Assembly (NCBI GenBank): GCA_965261085.1
Contig: OZ253442.1
Location: 2,560,001 to 2,624,000 of the forward strand
DNA from: a bacterium
GTDB lineage: Bacteria > UBA8248
Direction of reading: 5' to 3'
Length of the DNA: 64,000 nucleotides
The notes below the pieces were generated by a model, which had not been told where the DNA came from, did not search any database, and was given only the letters and a program-made list of their open reading frames with translations. Positions within the stretch are counted from its first letter, which is position 1. Each line of letters opens with the position of its first letter. Shown here piece by piece: positions 38,427 through 48,574 of this stretch. The translations under genes and the position numbers were made by a program.

Positions 38427-39671
38427 ATGTTTGAGCCATTTGCAGACGATGTATTTTACAAGAAACCCATTCCGGGAATAGGTCTACCGCCCAAAGAGCA
38501 AAACAGCGCTACTCTGCCGATACTTGGAGCGGATGACACCGGCGAGGCGTTGCCTTGCGCGGATCCATCTTTGTTTCCTCTGAATCGAAGAAGAAGTACC
38601 CAAGTCGAAGTGCGTGGCGTCAAAATTGGCGGTGGTGCTCCTATCGTTGTGCAATCGATGTGCAACACCTACACGCATGATGTAGAGGGGACCGTAGGAC
38701 AAATTGAACGACTGGAAGCCGCTGGGTGTGAAATCGTGCGCCTGGCTGTTCCCGATGAGAAATCGGCCGAGGCGCTCCCTGAAATCAGAAAACGCACCGA
38801 AATGCCATTGGTGGCGGATATTCATTTCGACTATCGCTATGCCCTGATGGCGGCGGATGCAGGGATCGATTGCCTGCGCATCAACCCCGGCAACATCAAC
38901 GGGGAAGAAAGGGTGAGCGAGGTAGTCGCTGCGGCGAAAGACCACGGCTTGCCGATCCGCGTAGGCGTGAACGCCGGCTCTTTGGAAAAGCATCTCCTTG
39001 ATCGCTTTGGGGGCGCCACGCCCGAGGCGATGGTGGAAAGTGGATTGCGCCATGTCGCTATGCTGGAGAAGCGAAATTTTTATGACACGAAAATCTCCCT
39101 GAAGGCCTCGGATGTGGCCAGGGCGGTGAAAGCCTATCGGTTGATCGCGAAACGCGTCGAGTATCCTCTCCATCTGGGCATCACGGAGAGTGGGAGCCTC
39201 CAAACTGGCAGCATAAAAAGCGCAGTTGGTTTGGGTGTTCTGCTTTCTGAAGGCATTGGGGATACTATCCGCGTCTCTTTGGCGGCGGACCCGGTAGAAG
39301 AAGTGCGTGTCGGCTACGAAATTCTCAAAAGTCTGAAGTTGCGCCAAAAGGGCGTAAATGTCGTCGCATGTCCATCGTGCGGGCGCGTCCAGATTGACGT
39401 CGATAAGCTCACGATGGAAGTAGAGCAAGAACTTGCTCATATCAATGCCCCCATCACGGTGGCCGTCATGGGTTGTGAAGTGAACGGTCCCGGTGAGGCA
39501 AGAGATGCCGACATCGGTGTGGCCGGAGGCCATAAGCGCGCTCTGATTTTTATGAAAGGCGAGAAGTCGGGTTTGGTATCCTATGAGGATATCAAGAAAA
39601 ACCTGGTCGAGCGCGTAGAGGAACTCGCGGCGCAATACGAAAAAGGTCAATTCGAAACATCTCACTCCTGA
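38427..39671 (+). CDS. ispG: HMBPP synthase IspG (GcpE)
   Basis: VQSM, ADIHF, RINPGNI, CPSCGR and MGCEVNGPGE; about 50 aa of N-terminal extension, so the start is uncertain. Confidence 0.95.
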   Translation: MFEPFADDVFYKKPIPGIGLPPKEQNSATLPILGADDTGEALPCADPSLFPLNRRRSTQVEVRGVKIGGGAPIVVQSMCNTYTHDVEGTVGQIERLEAAGCEIVRLAVPDEKSAEALPEIRKRTEMPLVADIHFDYRYALMAADAGIDCLRINPGNINGEERVSEVVAAAKDHGLPIRVGVNAGSLEKHLLDRFGGATPEAMVESGLRHVAMLEKRNFYDTKISLKASDVARAVKAYRLIAKRVEYPLHLGITESGSLQTGSIKSAVGLGVLLSEGIGDTIRVSLAADPVEEVRVGYEILKSLKLRQKGVNVVACPSCGRVQIDVDKLTMEVEQELAHINAPITVAVMGCEVNGPGEARDADIGVAGGHKRALIFMKGEKSGLVSYEDIKKNLVERVEELAAQYEKGQFETSHS

Positions 39672-39685
39672 GAAAAATCTGATTC

Positions 39686-41398
39686 ATGCGATTCTCACGA
39701 GGGTTTTTACCCACATTAAAAGAAGCGCCCGCCGAAGCGGAAGTCGTCAGCCATAAACTTATGGTGCGCTCGGGCATGATTCGCCGCTTGGCGGCGGGTG
39801 TATATACGCTTTTGCCCCTCGGTGTGCGCGTGCAGCGCAAAGTCGAGCAGATACTGCGTGAGGAGTTGAATCGCGCAGGCGCGCAAGAGGTTTTCCTGCC
39901 TACGCTGAATCCCGCCGAGCTTTGGCGAAAAACGGGACGATGGGAAGCATATGGGAAAGAATTGATCCGCTTGAAAGATCGCCATGAGCGTGATTTTTGT
40001 CTGGGCCCCACACACGAGGAGGTGGTTACCGATTTGGTAGCGCGCGAGGTAAGAAGCTATCGGGATCTGCCGCTCAATCTCTATCAGATTCAAACGAAAT
40101 TCAGAGACGAGATCAGGCCCCGGTTTGGTGTGATGCGCGGGCGAGAATTTACGATGAAGGACGGCTACAGCTTTGATCGGGACGAGGCGGGCGCAGAGCG
40201 GAGCTATGAAGAAATGGTGGAAGTCTACACGCGGATATTTAGGCGTTGTGGACTGAAGTTCAGCGCTGTAGAGGCGGATTCTGGGGCCATCGGCGGGAGT
40301 TTTTCGCACGAATTCATGGTCATGGCTGATACGGGGGAGGAAGCGATCACCGTTTGTGATTCGTGTGGGTATGCGGCGAATGTGGAAAAATCTTCGGTTC
40401 GTTTGAAGTTGCCTGAGAATGAGGAAGGCGAACTTAAAAAAGTCCATACTCCCGGTGCTCATACGATAGAAGAGGTTGCGGAATTCTTTTCTTTGCCTGC
40501 ATATCGGATGGTGAAAACCCTTTTATATGTCGCAGACGGTGAGTCGGTGGCCGCACTGATTCCAGGCCATAGGGAATTAAATGAAATCAAATTAAAAAAT
40601 GCGCTTGATGCGCTGGATATCGAGCTTGCTGACTCCGAGACGGTAGAGAAGCTCACGAACTCTGAAGTGGGCTTCGCAGGACCTGTCGGCTTGTCGAATG
40701 TTCGGCTCGTAGCGGATTCCTCCATTGAAAATAGTGGCGGGCTCATCGTCGGGGCGAATCAAACAGATTATCACTACACAGGCGTGCGCGAAGGCCGTGA
40801 CTTTGCGGCGAATAAATTTGCAGACCTAACCGTTGCCCAAGAAGGAGATGCCTGTCCTAAATGCGAGGCAGGGCTCAGCATCAGGCGCGGCATCGAAGTG
40901 GGGCATGTCTTCAAGCTGGGTTGTAAGTATTCTGAATCCCTGGATGCTACCTTTCAGGATGAGAATGGCGAGACGCACACCATCGTCATGGGTTGTTATG
41001 GGATCGGCGTGGGCCGCACAGTGGCGGCGGCCATAGAGCAGAACCATGATGAGGATGGCATCATCTGGCCTACTCCCATCGCCCCATATCATGTGGATAT
41101 CATTCCGGTGAGGGTGGATGATGAAACTATGAAGGTTTGTGAGCACATATACGACTCGCTTGAGTTCACGGGGCTGGATGTCATTCTTGATGACAGGGAT
41201 GAACGTCCGGGCGTGAAATTCAAGGATGCTGATCTCATGGGGTTCCCCTACAAAGCGGTCATAGGACCCAGGGGTCTCAAGGAAGGGAAAATCGAGATAA
41301 AATCAAGAAAAACGGGAGAAACACAACTAGTAGCGATGAACGAGGCAGTGTCTTTTTTGGAAAATCTGATTTCCGAAGAGATGAAATCCGCTGGATAA
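39686..41398 (+). CDS. proS: Prolyl-tRNA synthetase with INS editing domain
   Basis: GPTHEE, KFRDEIRPRFG and MGCYGIG. Confidence 0.97.
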   Translation: MRFSRGFLPTLKEAPAEAEVVSHKLMVRSGMIRRLAAGVYTLLPLGVRVQRKVEQILREELNRAGAQEVFLPTLNPAELWRKTGRWEAYGKELIRLKDRHERDFCLGPTHEEVVTDLVAREVRSYRDLPLNLYQIQTKFRDEIRPRFGVMRGREFTMKDGYSFDRDEAGAERSYEEMVEVYTRIFRRCGLKFSAVEADSGAIGGSFSHEFMVMADTGEEAITVCDSCGYAANVEKSSVRLKLPENEEGELKKVHTPGAHTIEEVAEFFSLPAYRMVKTLLYVADGESVAALIPGHRELNEIKLKNALDALDIELADSETVEKLTNSEVGFAGPVGLSNVRLVADSSIENSGGLIVGANQTDYHYTGVREGRDFAANKFADLTVAQEGDACPKCEAGLSIRRGIEVGHVFKLGCKYSESLDATFQDENGETHTIVMGCYGIGVGRTVAAAIEQNHDEDGIIWPTPIAPYHVDIIPVRVDDETMKVCEHIYDSLEFTGLDVILDDRDERPGVKFKDADLMGFPYKAVIGPRGLKEGKIEIKSRKTGETQLVAMNEAVSFLENLISEEMKSAG

Positions 41399-41505
41399 TT
41401 CATGTGGTTCTCGGGTTCATTTTGAAACGATTTCTTGATTCCCTCTACCAAGCGTTCATCGGATATGCAGGTTGAAATCAGAGGAAACCGAAAAAAATAG
41501 AAAAC

Positions 41506-41535
41506 TTGACGTTTTTGGGGCTGGGCATTTATATT
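41506..41535 (+). promoter_or_regulatory. Putative sigma70 promoter for the small ORF-tRNA-tilS unit
   Basis: TTGACG-N18-TATATT with an upstream A-tract. Confidence 0.45.
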
Positions 41536-41575
41536 TTACTCCTGTAGCCGAGGCGTGCTTCGAGAGGAGAGGGGT

Positions 41576-41767
41576 ATGGCCTATGAGGGAGTTCGTGAAT
41601 GTGCTATTTGTGCTTGGCGAGAGAATTGCCGCCTGAAGTATCGCAATGAGCCGAACGGGGCGATTTTTTGTCCGGAATTTTCACCGGACTTAAGATTACA
41701 GCGAGCGGAATCGAAAGGAATGTCGTCTTCGTCCGAAGGCCTAGAACGGGGAGCAAATGACAAATGA
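41576..41767 (+). CDS. Small Cys-rich hypothetical protein (CxxCAWRxxC...CPxF)
   Basis: Strong SD (GAGGAGAGGGG) before ATG 41576; four Cys residues in a metal-binding-like pattern. Confidence 0.7.
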   Translation: MAYEGVRECAICAWRENCRLKYRNEPNGAIFCPEFSPDLRLQRAESKGMSSSSEGLERGANDK

Positions 41768-41919
41768 GGCGTGAAATCGAGATTCTGATCTTTCTCTTTT
41801 TGGGGTATTTGTGTTTGATGGTAGGCTTTCGCATGGAAGACATTGGCATGCAGGTTTTTTTCTATATTCTCTCGGCCATGTTTTTTTTCGCCATATTCCG
41901 ACCCAAGCAGTCTCCCTGA
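41764..41919 (+). CDS. Putative 51-aa two-TM membrane microprotein (absent from the ORF track)
   Basis: ATGA overlap with the upstream stop; MRREIEILIFLFLGYLCLMVGFRMEDIGMQVFFYILSAMFFFAIFRPKQSP. Confidence 0.55.
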   Translation: MRREIEILIFLFLGYLCLMVGFRMEDIGMQVFFYILSAMFFFAIFRPKQSP

Positions 41920-41932
41920 CGAAGTGTATTCT

Positions 41933-42009
41933 GGCGGCGTAGCTCAACCGGTTAGAGCATACGGCTCATATCCGTAGTGTTGGGGGTTCAAGTCCCTCCG
42001 CCGCTACCA
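41933..42009 (+). tRNA. tRNA-Met (CAT), elongator type
   Basis: Cloverleaf GGCGGCG...CGCCGCT-A-CCA; anticodon arm TACGG-CTCATAT-CCGTA; TTCAA T-loop; encoded CCA. Confidence 0.93.
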
Positions 42010-42039
42010 TTCCTCGCCGACTAGGGGAGGATATTTTCG

Positions 42040-43524
42040 ATGACCTCGGACGCCTTGCAAGTAACTGCTTTGAAGATAAAAAAAACATTTAAAGCCAAGG
42101 TGAGAAAGGGTCTCAAAAAATCAGCTTATGAGGCCAAGTCTGCGCCTTTGCTCGTCGGTTTTTCGGGTGGTGCGGATTCCACAGCTCTTTTGGTGTCCTT
42201 AAAGTCGCTCTTGCCGGCATCACAGCCCCTATGTGCCGTTCATGTCGAACATGGGCTCCGTGGCGATCTGTCAAAAAAAGATGCTGAGCATACCAAGCAT
42301 ATGTGTCATCGGTACGAAATAGATTTTCGTTGCGAGCAGGTTTGTGTGTCTCGAATAGCGCACTTGGGCCTCGAAGGAGCTGCTCGCGAATCGAGGCGAT
42401 CGGCATTCCTGGCTGTCGCTAAGGAGATGGGCGCCAATACCCTCGCGTTGGCCCACAACATGGATGATCAAGCCGAAACCGTGCTCATGCGTTTATTTGA
42501 AGGAGCAGGCGTGAGAGGGATTTCAGGCATGAGATGGCGGACCCCGCTATCGTCGAACAAAGAAGATGGACTTCACATTATCCGACCCTTGCTGAATGTG
42601 TCGCGCACGGAAATTTTGGAGTATTTAGAGGCGCAGGGCATCGCCTGGATTGAGGATGAAACGAATGCAGACGAGAGCCGTCTTAGGAATCGGATAAGAA
42701 AAATAATTATACCGGTAGTTCGAGAGTATATGGGCGATGCGGCCATCAGCGGAATTGCCAAGAGCGCGGAGATATCGGCCCCCCTTATCTCTTTCATGGA
42801 CCAAATGTCCCGGGAATTGAATGCGAAATTTATCCACGAAGATGATGGGAAATTCGTTATTTTTCCTTTGCATGAGGTGACAGAACTCACTCAATCGCTT
42901 AGGGCCGGGCTTTGGCGCTCGGTACTGAGTATGCTCAGGTACGAATCGCCCGCTCAGGCTCGCAGACGCCCTCTCCGAAAGTGGATTGAAGACTTGGATG
43001 GCCTAGCAATGGGGGATAAGCCTTCGGGGGTGTTGAGTTTGCCTGGCGACTTGGAAGCAAGAAGGGAATATGACCGCCTTATCTTCGGGCCTTCCCATTT
43101 TGATTCGAAGTTGCTTGAGGAGAAAAAGCTCCGGATTCCAGGAAAAACGGTTCATCATTCATTAGGCCTTGCAATAGAAACTTCATGCGATTTTACGCAT
43201 CATCCGAGAGGAACATGGGTAGTACGTCTCGATATAGAAAAACTGGGGATGGATGCCTGTATTCGGACCCGGCGCGATGGAGATCGGTTCCATCCTTTAG
43301 GCCGAAAAAAGGCAAAGAAACTCAAGGATTACTTTATAGAGCAAAAAATACCGAAACCCTTAAGAAATCAGATACCTCTCTTGGCGGCAGGGGATAAAGT
43401 GGCTTGGATTATTGGTCACCAAGTTTCAGCGGAATTCGTACTTGATGGCAATGAAAAGAGGGGGATTACCCTTAAAGCGTTGCTAGAGAATGAAGACAGT
43501 AAACTCTTAAGTTCGTTGAGCTAG
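42040..43524 (+). CDS. tilS: tRNA(Ile)-lysidine synthetase
   Basis: SGGADS, HGLR, AHNMDDQAET, IRPLL and RNRIR, plus the TilS C-terminal domain. Confidence 0.95.
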   Translation: MTSDALQVTALKIKKTFKAKVRKGLKKSAYEAKSAPLLVGFSGGADSTALLVSLKSLLPASQPLCAVHVEHGLRGDLSKKDAEHTKHMCHRYEIDFRCEQVCVSRIAHLGLEGAARESRRSAFLAVAKEMGANTLALAHNMDDQAETVLMRLFEGAGVRGISGMRWRTPLSSNKEDGLHIIRPLLNVSRTEILEYLEAQGIAWIEDETNADESRLRNRIRKIIIPVVREYMGDAAISGIAKSAEISAPLISFMDQMSRELNAKFIHEDDGKFVIFPLHEVTELTQSLRAGLWRSVLSMLRYESPAQARRRPLRKWIEDLDGLAMGDKPSGVLSLPGDLEARREYDRLIFGPSHFDSKLLEEKKLRIPGKTVHHSLGLAIETSCDFTHHPRGTWVVRLDIEKLGMDACIRTRRDGDRFHPLGRKKAKKLKDYFIEQKIPKPLRNQIPLLAAGDKVAWIIGHQVSAEFVLDGNEKRGITLKALLENEDSKLLSSLS

Positions 43525-43619
43525 TGATTTGGAATTTAACTCGTAGACGGATGGGGAAAATCCTGATAACTTGTTTGAGAGTTTAGGAAGACGCTCACCC
43601 GAACAAGAAGGAATGTATT

Positions 43620-45539
43620 TTGAATCAATTTTACAAGAATTTAGCGCTTTGGCTGATTATTGGGTTGATAATGGTGGGTTTGTTTCAAGCCTTCAATAGC
43701 CCGCGATCGACGGACAGAACGGTTATCTACAGCGATTTTCTGCAAGCGGTATCTGATGGACAGGTGAGTGAGGTGGTTGTCCAAGGAGACAACATAAGGG
43801 GTCTCTACCTTAGCGGCAGATCTTTTCATACCCACGCTCCCAAGGACCCGAAATTGATCGACACACTCAGGGCCAAAGGCGTTCGCATCACGTCGCAGCC
43901 CGTGGAACAAAACTCTTGGTATATGAGTATGTTGTTGAGTTGGTTGCCTATGCTGGTGATGCTGGGTGTTTGGATTTTCTTCATGCGTCAGATGCAGATG
44001 GGTGGCTCTAAAGCTATGTCGTTTGGGAAAAGCAAAGCACGAATGATGCCCGAATCTGCGAAGAAAAAGGTTACATTCGCGGATGTGGCCGGCATCGAGG
44101 AAGCAAAGGAAGAACTCGAAGAACTCGTTGATTTTCTCCGTGACCCGCAAAAATTCACACGCTTGGGTGCTCGTATTCCCAAGGGTGTTCTTATGGTTGG
44201 TCCTCCGGGCACGGGTAAAACCCTGCTGGCACGGGCTATCGCGGGCGAAGCGGATGTGCCGTTTTTCTCTATAAGTGGTTCAAGTTTTGTGGAGATGTTT
44301 GTCGGGGTCGGGGCGTCGAGGGTCCGGGATTTATTCGAGCAGGGCAAAGCGCATGCGCCTTGCATCATTTTCATCGATGAGATTGATGCTGTCGGGCGAC
44401 ATAGGGGCGCTGGCCTCGGTGGCGGCCACGATGAGCGTGAGCAGACGCTCAATCAACTTCTTGTCGAAATGGATGGTTTTGAATCGAATGATGGGGTCAT
44501 CTTGATAGCGGCGACGAACCGGCCCGACGTGTTGGATCCGGCTCTCCTCAGGCCTGGCCGCTTTGACCGCCAGATTGTCGTTTCCTTGCCCGATATCAAA
44601 GGACGCTTGGCGATTTTGGAGGTGCATGCCGCGAAGGTGCCGCTCAGCGAATCCGTCGACTTGAATCTGATAGCGCGGGGAACTCCGCGATTTGCGGGCG
44701 CTGATTTGGCCAACCTTTTAAACGAATCCGCACTCTTGGCGGCGCGCCGTGGAAAACATTCGGTCGGAAATGACGACTTGATGGAAGCGAAAGATAAAGT
44801 ATTGATGGGCAAGGAGCGGCGCAGTTTGGTGCTCAGTGAAAAGGAGAAGAAGAACACAGCTTTCCATGAGGCGGGACACGCCCTTGTTTCATTGCTGATA
44901 CCGGGGACGGACCCCGTCGAGAAGGTGACGATTATCCCGCGAGGTTTTTCGTTGGGAAGTACATGGTCTTCGCCTGTTGAGGATCGCTATAGCAACGACA
45001 AAACATTTTTGACGAACCAGCTTGCTTGCCTCATGGGTGGACGTGCGGCGGAGATGCTGGTTTTTCAAGAGTTGACGACAGGAGCGAAAGCCGACATCCA
45101 GACGTCGACTGACCTGGGGAGAAGCATGGTTTGTGAATGGGGGATGAGCGAGAAACTCGGTCCTTTGGCCTACGGAAAAAAACAGGAGCAAATTTTCCTG
45201 GGTCGTGAAATCTCACAGCACAGGGATTATAGCGACCAGGTGGCCCTGGAAATTGATAATGAAGTGAAAAGCATGGTCTCGTCGAGTTATGAGAGAGCGT
45301 ATAAATTGCTCGAGGAAAATCGGGACAAGCTCGATTTGCTCGCCAATGCGCTGCTTGAGTATGAAACCATCGATCTCAAAGACATCAAGTCTTTGATGGA
45401 AACCGGGGAGATTTCCAGGAGTCGTAAGCGAAAAGACGAGGTTGGCGAAGAAAACGTTTCAGTCTCTCCACAGCCGGAGAAAAACCCTCGCGAGGATCCG
45501 CAGGCGTCGCCGACGGACTTGGCGCCCGGACAAGCCTAG
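43620..45539 (+). CDS. ftsH: ATP-dependent zinc metalloprotease FtsH
   Basis: [20 protein letters not shown] and HEAGH. Confidence 0.98.
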   Translation: MNQFYKNLALWLIIGLIMVGLFQAFNSPRSTDRTVIYSDFLQAVSDGQVSEVVVQGDNIRGLYLSGRSFHTHAPKDPKLIDTLRAKGVRITSQPVEQNSWYMSMLLSWLPMLVMLGVWIFFMRQMQMGGSKAMSFGKSKARMMPESAKKKVTFADVAGIEEAKEELEELVDFLRDPQKFTRLGARIPKGVLMVGPPGTGKTLLARAIAGEADVPFFSISGSSFVEMFVGVGASRVRDLFEQGKAHAPCIIFIDEIDAVGRHRGAGLGGGHDEREQTLNQLLVEMDGFESNDGVILIAATNRPDVLDPALLRPGRFDRQIVVSLPDIKGRLAILEVHAAKVPLSESVDLNLIARGTPRFAGADLANLLNESALLAARRGKHSVGNDDLMEAKDKVLMGKERRSLVLSEKEKKNTAFHEAGHALVSLLIPGTDPVEKVTIIPRGFSLGSTWSSPVEDRYSNDKTFLTNQLACLMGGRAAEMLVFQELTTGAKADIQTSTDLGRSMVCEWGMSEKLGPLAYGKKQEQIFLGREISQHRDYSDQVALEIDNEVKSMVSSSYERAYKLLEENRDKLDLLANALLEYETIDLKDIKSLMETGEISRSRKRKDEVGEENVSVSPQPEKNPREDPQASPTDLAPGQA

Positions 45540-45652
45540 TTTCTCCCTATATTTCGATTTATGATGTCGTATAGAAGCGCCTCTGGATTCTGGCGCATTG
45601 GACGTGAAAGTCCAAATGACATGACGTTGTATTTGTGGTGTCGAGGAGAAAG

Positions 45653-46381
45653 ATGGCTAAGCTCTGTGTGAATGTAGATCATGTCGCCACCATCCGGGAA
45701 GCGCGAAAGACGAACGAGCCTGATCCTGTGGCAACTGCTCTTATCGCTGAACGTGCGGGCGCTATAGGCATCACCATTCACCTGCGGGAAGACAGAAGGC
45801 ATATCCAGGATAGGGACCTCACGTTGATGCGCCAGGTGGTTCGGGGCAAGCTCAACCTGGAGATGGCGCCTGTATCCGAGATGCAGGGCATCGCGCTCGA
45901 TGTGAAGCCGGAGCAGGTCACCCTGGTTCCGGAGCGACGTGAGGAGATAACGACCGAGGGCGGCTTGCATGTGGCTGGCAACATCGAACAAATAGCCGAC
46001 TTGATGAAACCGCTGCGAGAAGCAGGGATCCTCTTGAGTCTATTTATCGATCCCCATCCCGCCCAAATTGAAGCCGCAAAGGAGTTGAACGCGGATTTCG
46101 TGGAGTTGAACACGGCGGCTTATTCTGAGGCGAAAGATTTATTCTCTCAAGAAAAAGAGTTGGCTTCACTTCGCGATGCTTCCTTGCAGGCCCACGACCT
46201 CGGTATCGGCGTTCACGCAGGCCACGGCCTCACCTATCTAAACGTGCACGCCGTGGCCTCTCTTCCCCATCTGCAAGAACTGAACATTGGCCACAGCATT
46301 GTCTCGCATTCTGTTTTTGTCGGTTTTGAGAGAGCCGTGCGCGAGATGTCGGATATCATCGAACGAGTAGGCGCCGCCTGA
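45653..46381 (+). CDS. pdxJ: Pyridoxine 5'-phosphate synthase
   Basis: [23 protein letters not shown] and NIGHS. Confidence 0.96.
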   Translation: MAKLCVNVDHVATIREARKTNEPDPVATALIAERAGAIGITIHLREDRRHIQDRDLTLMRQVVRGKLNLEMAPVSEMQGIALDVKPEQVTLVPERREEITTEGGLHVAGNIEQIADLMKPLREAGILLSLFIDPHPAQIEAAKELNADFVELNTAAYSEAKDLFSQEKELASLRDASLQAHDLGIGVHAGHGLTYLNVHAVASLPHLQELNIGHSIVSHSVFVGFERAVREMSDIIERVGAA

Positions 46382-46383
46382 GC

Positions 46384-47970
46384 ATGCCGATTCCGGTCGT
46401 TACAGCTCAGGAAATGTCGAATATCGACAACCGGGCGATTCAGGAATATGGAATTCCCTCCGCATGCTTAATGGAAACGGCAGGGGTAAAATCCGCTCAA
46501 AAGATCTGGGAAAAATATGGCAGAGCCGGTCTCCGTGTTTTGATTGTTTGCGGGAAAGGGAACAACGGTGGAGATGGTTTCGTCATTGCCAGACATTTAT
46601 GCAATTCCGGGGCCGATGTTGATGTCGCGGCCTTGTTTCCCCTAAGCGAAGCCACTGATGATCCCGCCGTTTTTCTGAAAACGCTCGAAAAGATGGAAAT
46701 TTCCGTCTTGGAGGTGGAGGAGAAAAACGCCTCATTGTTGGAGGCGATGACAAAAAACGCAGATTTGGTAGTAGATGCCATTCTGGGAACCGGATATCGT
46801 CCACCTGCCCGAGGCCTTCCGGAGGAGGCAATCCGTATCTTGTCCGCCTGTGAGACCCCGATAGTGGCCATCGACATGCCATCCGGGCTTGATTCCACTG
46901 CCGGCAGGGCCGAGCCTCCACATATAGATGCAAAAATCACGTTGGCGCTGGGAGCACTCAAGCGGGGACATCTTCTTATGCCGGCTGCTGAGCATGTGGG
47001 GGAGGTCATATCTCTCGATGTCGGGATTCCGCAAAAGTGTCTGTATGAAGAAAATATTTCGCTTCACGTCACGGAACCCTCCGATGTGGCTGAGAATTTG
47101 CCCGAAAGACGTCCCGATGCGCACAAAGGGGATGCTGGCCACCTTTTGTTGATAGCAGGCGCGCCCGGTATGTCGGGAGCCGCCTTGATGACGGCCATGT
47201 CGGCTCTTCGTTCGGGTGCCGGTCGGGTGACACTTGCCGTGCCGGAAAGTATTTATCCCCTCGTGGAGAGCAAATATCCCGAAGTCATGACGTTATCTTT
47301 ACCGGCCACGGAATCCGGCTCTGTTGACGCATCGGCGTTCGATTTTATCGTCGAGCGTTCAGAAGACATGAGTGCTTTGGTCGTAGGCCCTGGACTGATG
47401 ACGAACCCGAGAACAATCGAGCTTGTCCACCTCCTCATCCAACATGTCGATGCCCCCATTGTCCTCGATGCCGATGGCCTGAATGCGCTTGCTCAAGATT
47501 TGACCATCCTGGATGGCAGACTCGCACAACTGATTTTGACGCCTCACCCGGGCGAAATGGCGAGGCTCCTTGGAATTTCGACGAGAGAAGTGCAAGAAGA
47601 TCGCATCACTCACGCAAGCCTGTTTGCCGTGCACCATCAACTTGATATAGCCCTGAAGGGCTGGGGAACGATTGTCGCCACATCGAATGGGGAAATCTGG
47701 TACAACCCCACCGGAAACTCCGATATGGCAACTGCCGGTAGTGGAGATGTATTGGCGGGCGTCATTGGCGCCTTGCTCGCTCAGGGGCTTTCTCGTAAGT
47801 GGGCTTTGGCATGCGGAGTTTATCTGCATGGTTTGTCTGGCGAATTGGCGTCCTTGGAAGTGGGTGGACTCGGAATCACGGCAACCGATATTCTACAAGC
47901 CCTTCCTAAGGCGAGAAGGGAAGTGTTCATGGAAACAGGAGGCTCCAAAACTGCTCGAATTTCCCTTTGA
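46384..47970 (+). CDS. nnr: Bifunctional NAD(P)H-hydrate epimerase/dehydratase (YjeF)
   Basis: GKGNNGGDG, DAILGTG, DMPSG, LTPHPGE and GSGDVLAG. Confidence 0.95.
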   Translation: MPIPVVTAQEMSNIDNRAIQEYGIPSACLMETAGVKSAQKIWEKYGRAGLRVLIVCGKGNNGGDGFVIARHLCNSGADVDVAALFPLSEATDDPAVFLKTLEKMEISVLEVEEKNASLLEAMTKNADLVVDAILGTGYRPPARGLPEEAIRILSACETPIVAIDMPSGLDSTAGRAEPPHIDAKITLALGALKRGHLLMPAAEHVGEVISLDVGIPQKCLYEENISLHVTEPSDVAENLPERRPDAHKGDAGHLLLIAGAPGMSGAALMTAMSALRSGAGRVTLAVPESIYPLVESKYPEVMTLSLPATESGSVDASAFDFIVERSEDMSALVVGPGLMTNPRTIELVHLLIQHVDAPIVLDADGLNALAQDLTILDGRLAQLILTPHPGEMARLLGISTREVQEDRITHASLFAVHHQLDIALKGWGTIVATSNGEIWYNPTGNSDMATAGSGDVLAGVIGALLAQGLSRKWALACGVYLHGLSGELASLEVGGLGITATDILQALPKARREVFMETGGSKTARISL

Positions 47971-48385
47971 GATGCAAAGTGATTCGATTGGACAAACGGC
48001 CGAGTTGGCTGCTCGATTGGCGAAAGTATCGAGACCCGGCGAGGTTATTTTGCTCGATGGTGACTTAGGCGCCGGAAAAACCGTTTTTGCAAAAGGTTTT
48101 ATCGAATCGATGTCGGGGGGAGAGGGACAAATTATCAGGAGTCCCACTTTTGTCTATATTCGCCATTATCCGACCATTCCGCCCGTTCACCATATCGACC
48201 TGTATCGACTTCCAAAGGATTCAGATATCAAGGAAATGGGTTTGTGGGATCATATAGGTGAGAGCGATTTTGTATTGATCGAGTGGCCTAACCATGTGGA
48301 AAAATGGCGCTTCTCTGTATCAACGCACGTCAAGTTTGACATTGTGGGAGATGAAAATCGACGCCTCTATATTTTCCGGCCATGA
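47951..48385 (+). CDS. tsaE: tRNA threonylcarbamoyladenosine biosynthesis ATPase TsaE
   Basis: GDLGAGKT, SPTF, HIDLYRL and IEW. The start is either CTG 47951 (after AGGAGG) or ATG 47972. Confidence 0.92.
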   Translation: MLEFPFEMQSDSIGQTAELAARLAKVSRPGEVILLDGDLGAGKTVFAKGFIESMSGGEGQIIRSPTFVYIRHYPTIPPVHHIDLYRLPKDSDIKEMGLWDHIGESDFVLIEWPNHVEKWRFSVSTHVKFDIVGDENRRLYIFRP

Positions 48386-48428
48386 AATAATTCTTCTTTA
48401 CAAAAAAAGAAAAGGGTGGCAATCTAAC

Positions 48429-48446
48429 AGGGCATTATTTTTGCAT
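48429..48446 (+). promoter_or_regulatory. Candidate sigma54 (-24/-12) promoter upstream of lptC-lptA-lptB-rpoN
   Basis: AGGGCATTATTTTTGCAT: GG at 48431-32 and GC at 48443-44 with the canonical 10-nt spacing. Confidence 0.4.
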
Positions 48447-48574
48447 GTATTAATTGAGGAAGAGACGTAACCGGAGTGGGAAGATAAATTTCGTGATTCT
48501 GGAGGGATGAGTTTTTTATCGCAGATATCGCATGTGTTGACGTTGAATGCCGCCTGTGTTTTAGAAGGTTTGCG

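Noticed and set aside
41933-42009. CAT tRNA next to tilS as tRNA-Ile2 or initiator tRNA
   Set aside because: The acceptor stem GGCGGCG lacks the C4-G69/C5-G68 TilS determinants, and there is no C1 mismatch or three-G-C anticodon stem. It best fits elongator Met.
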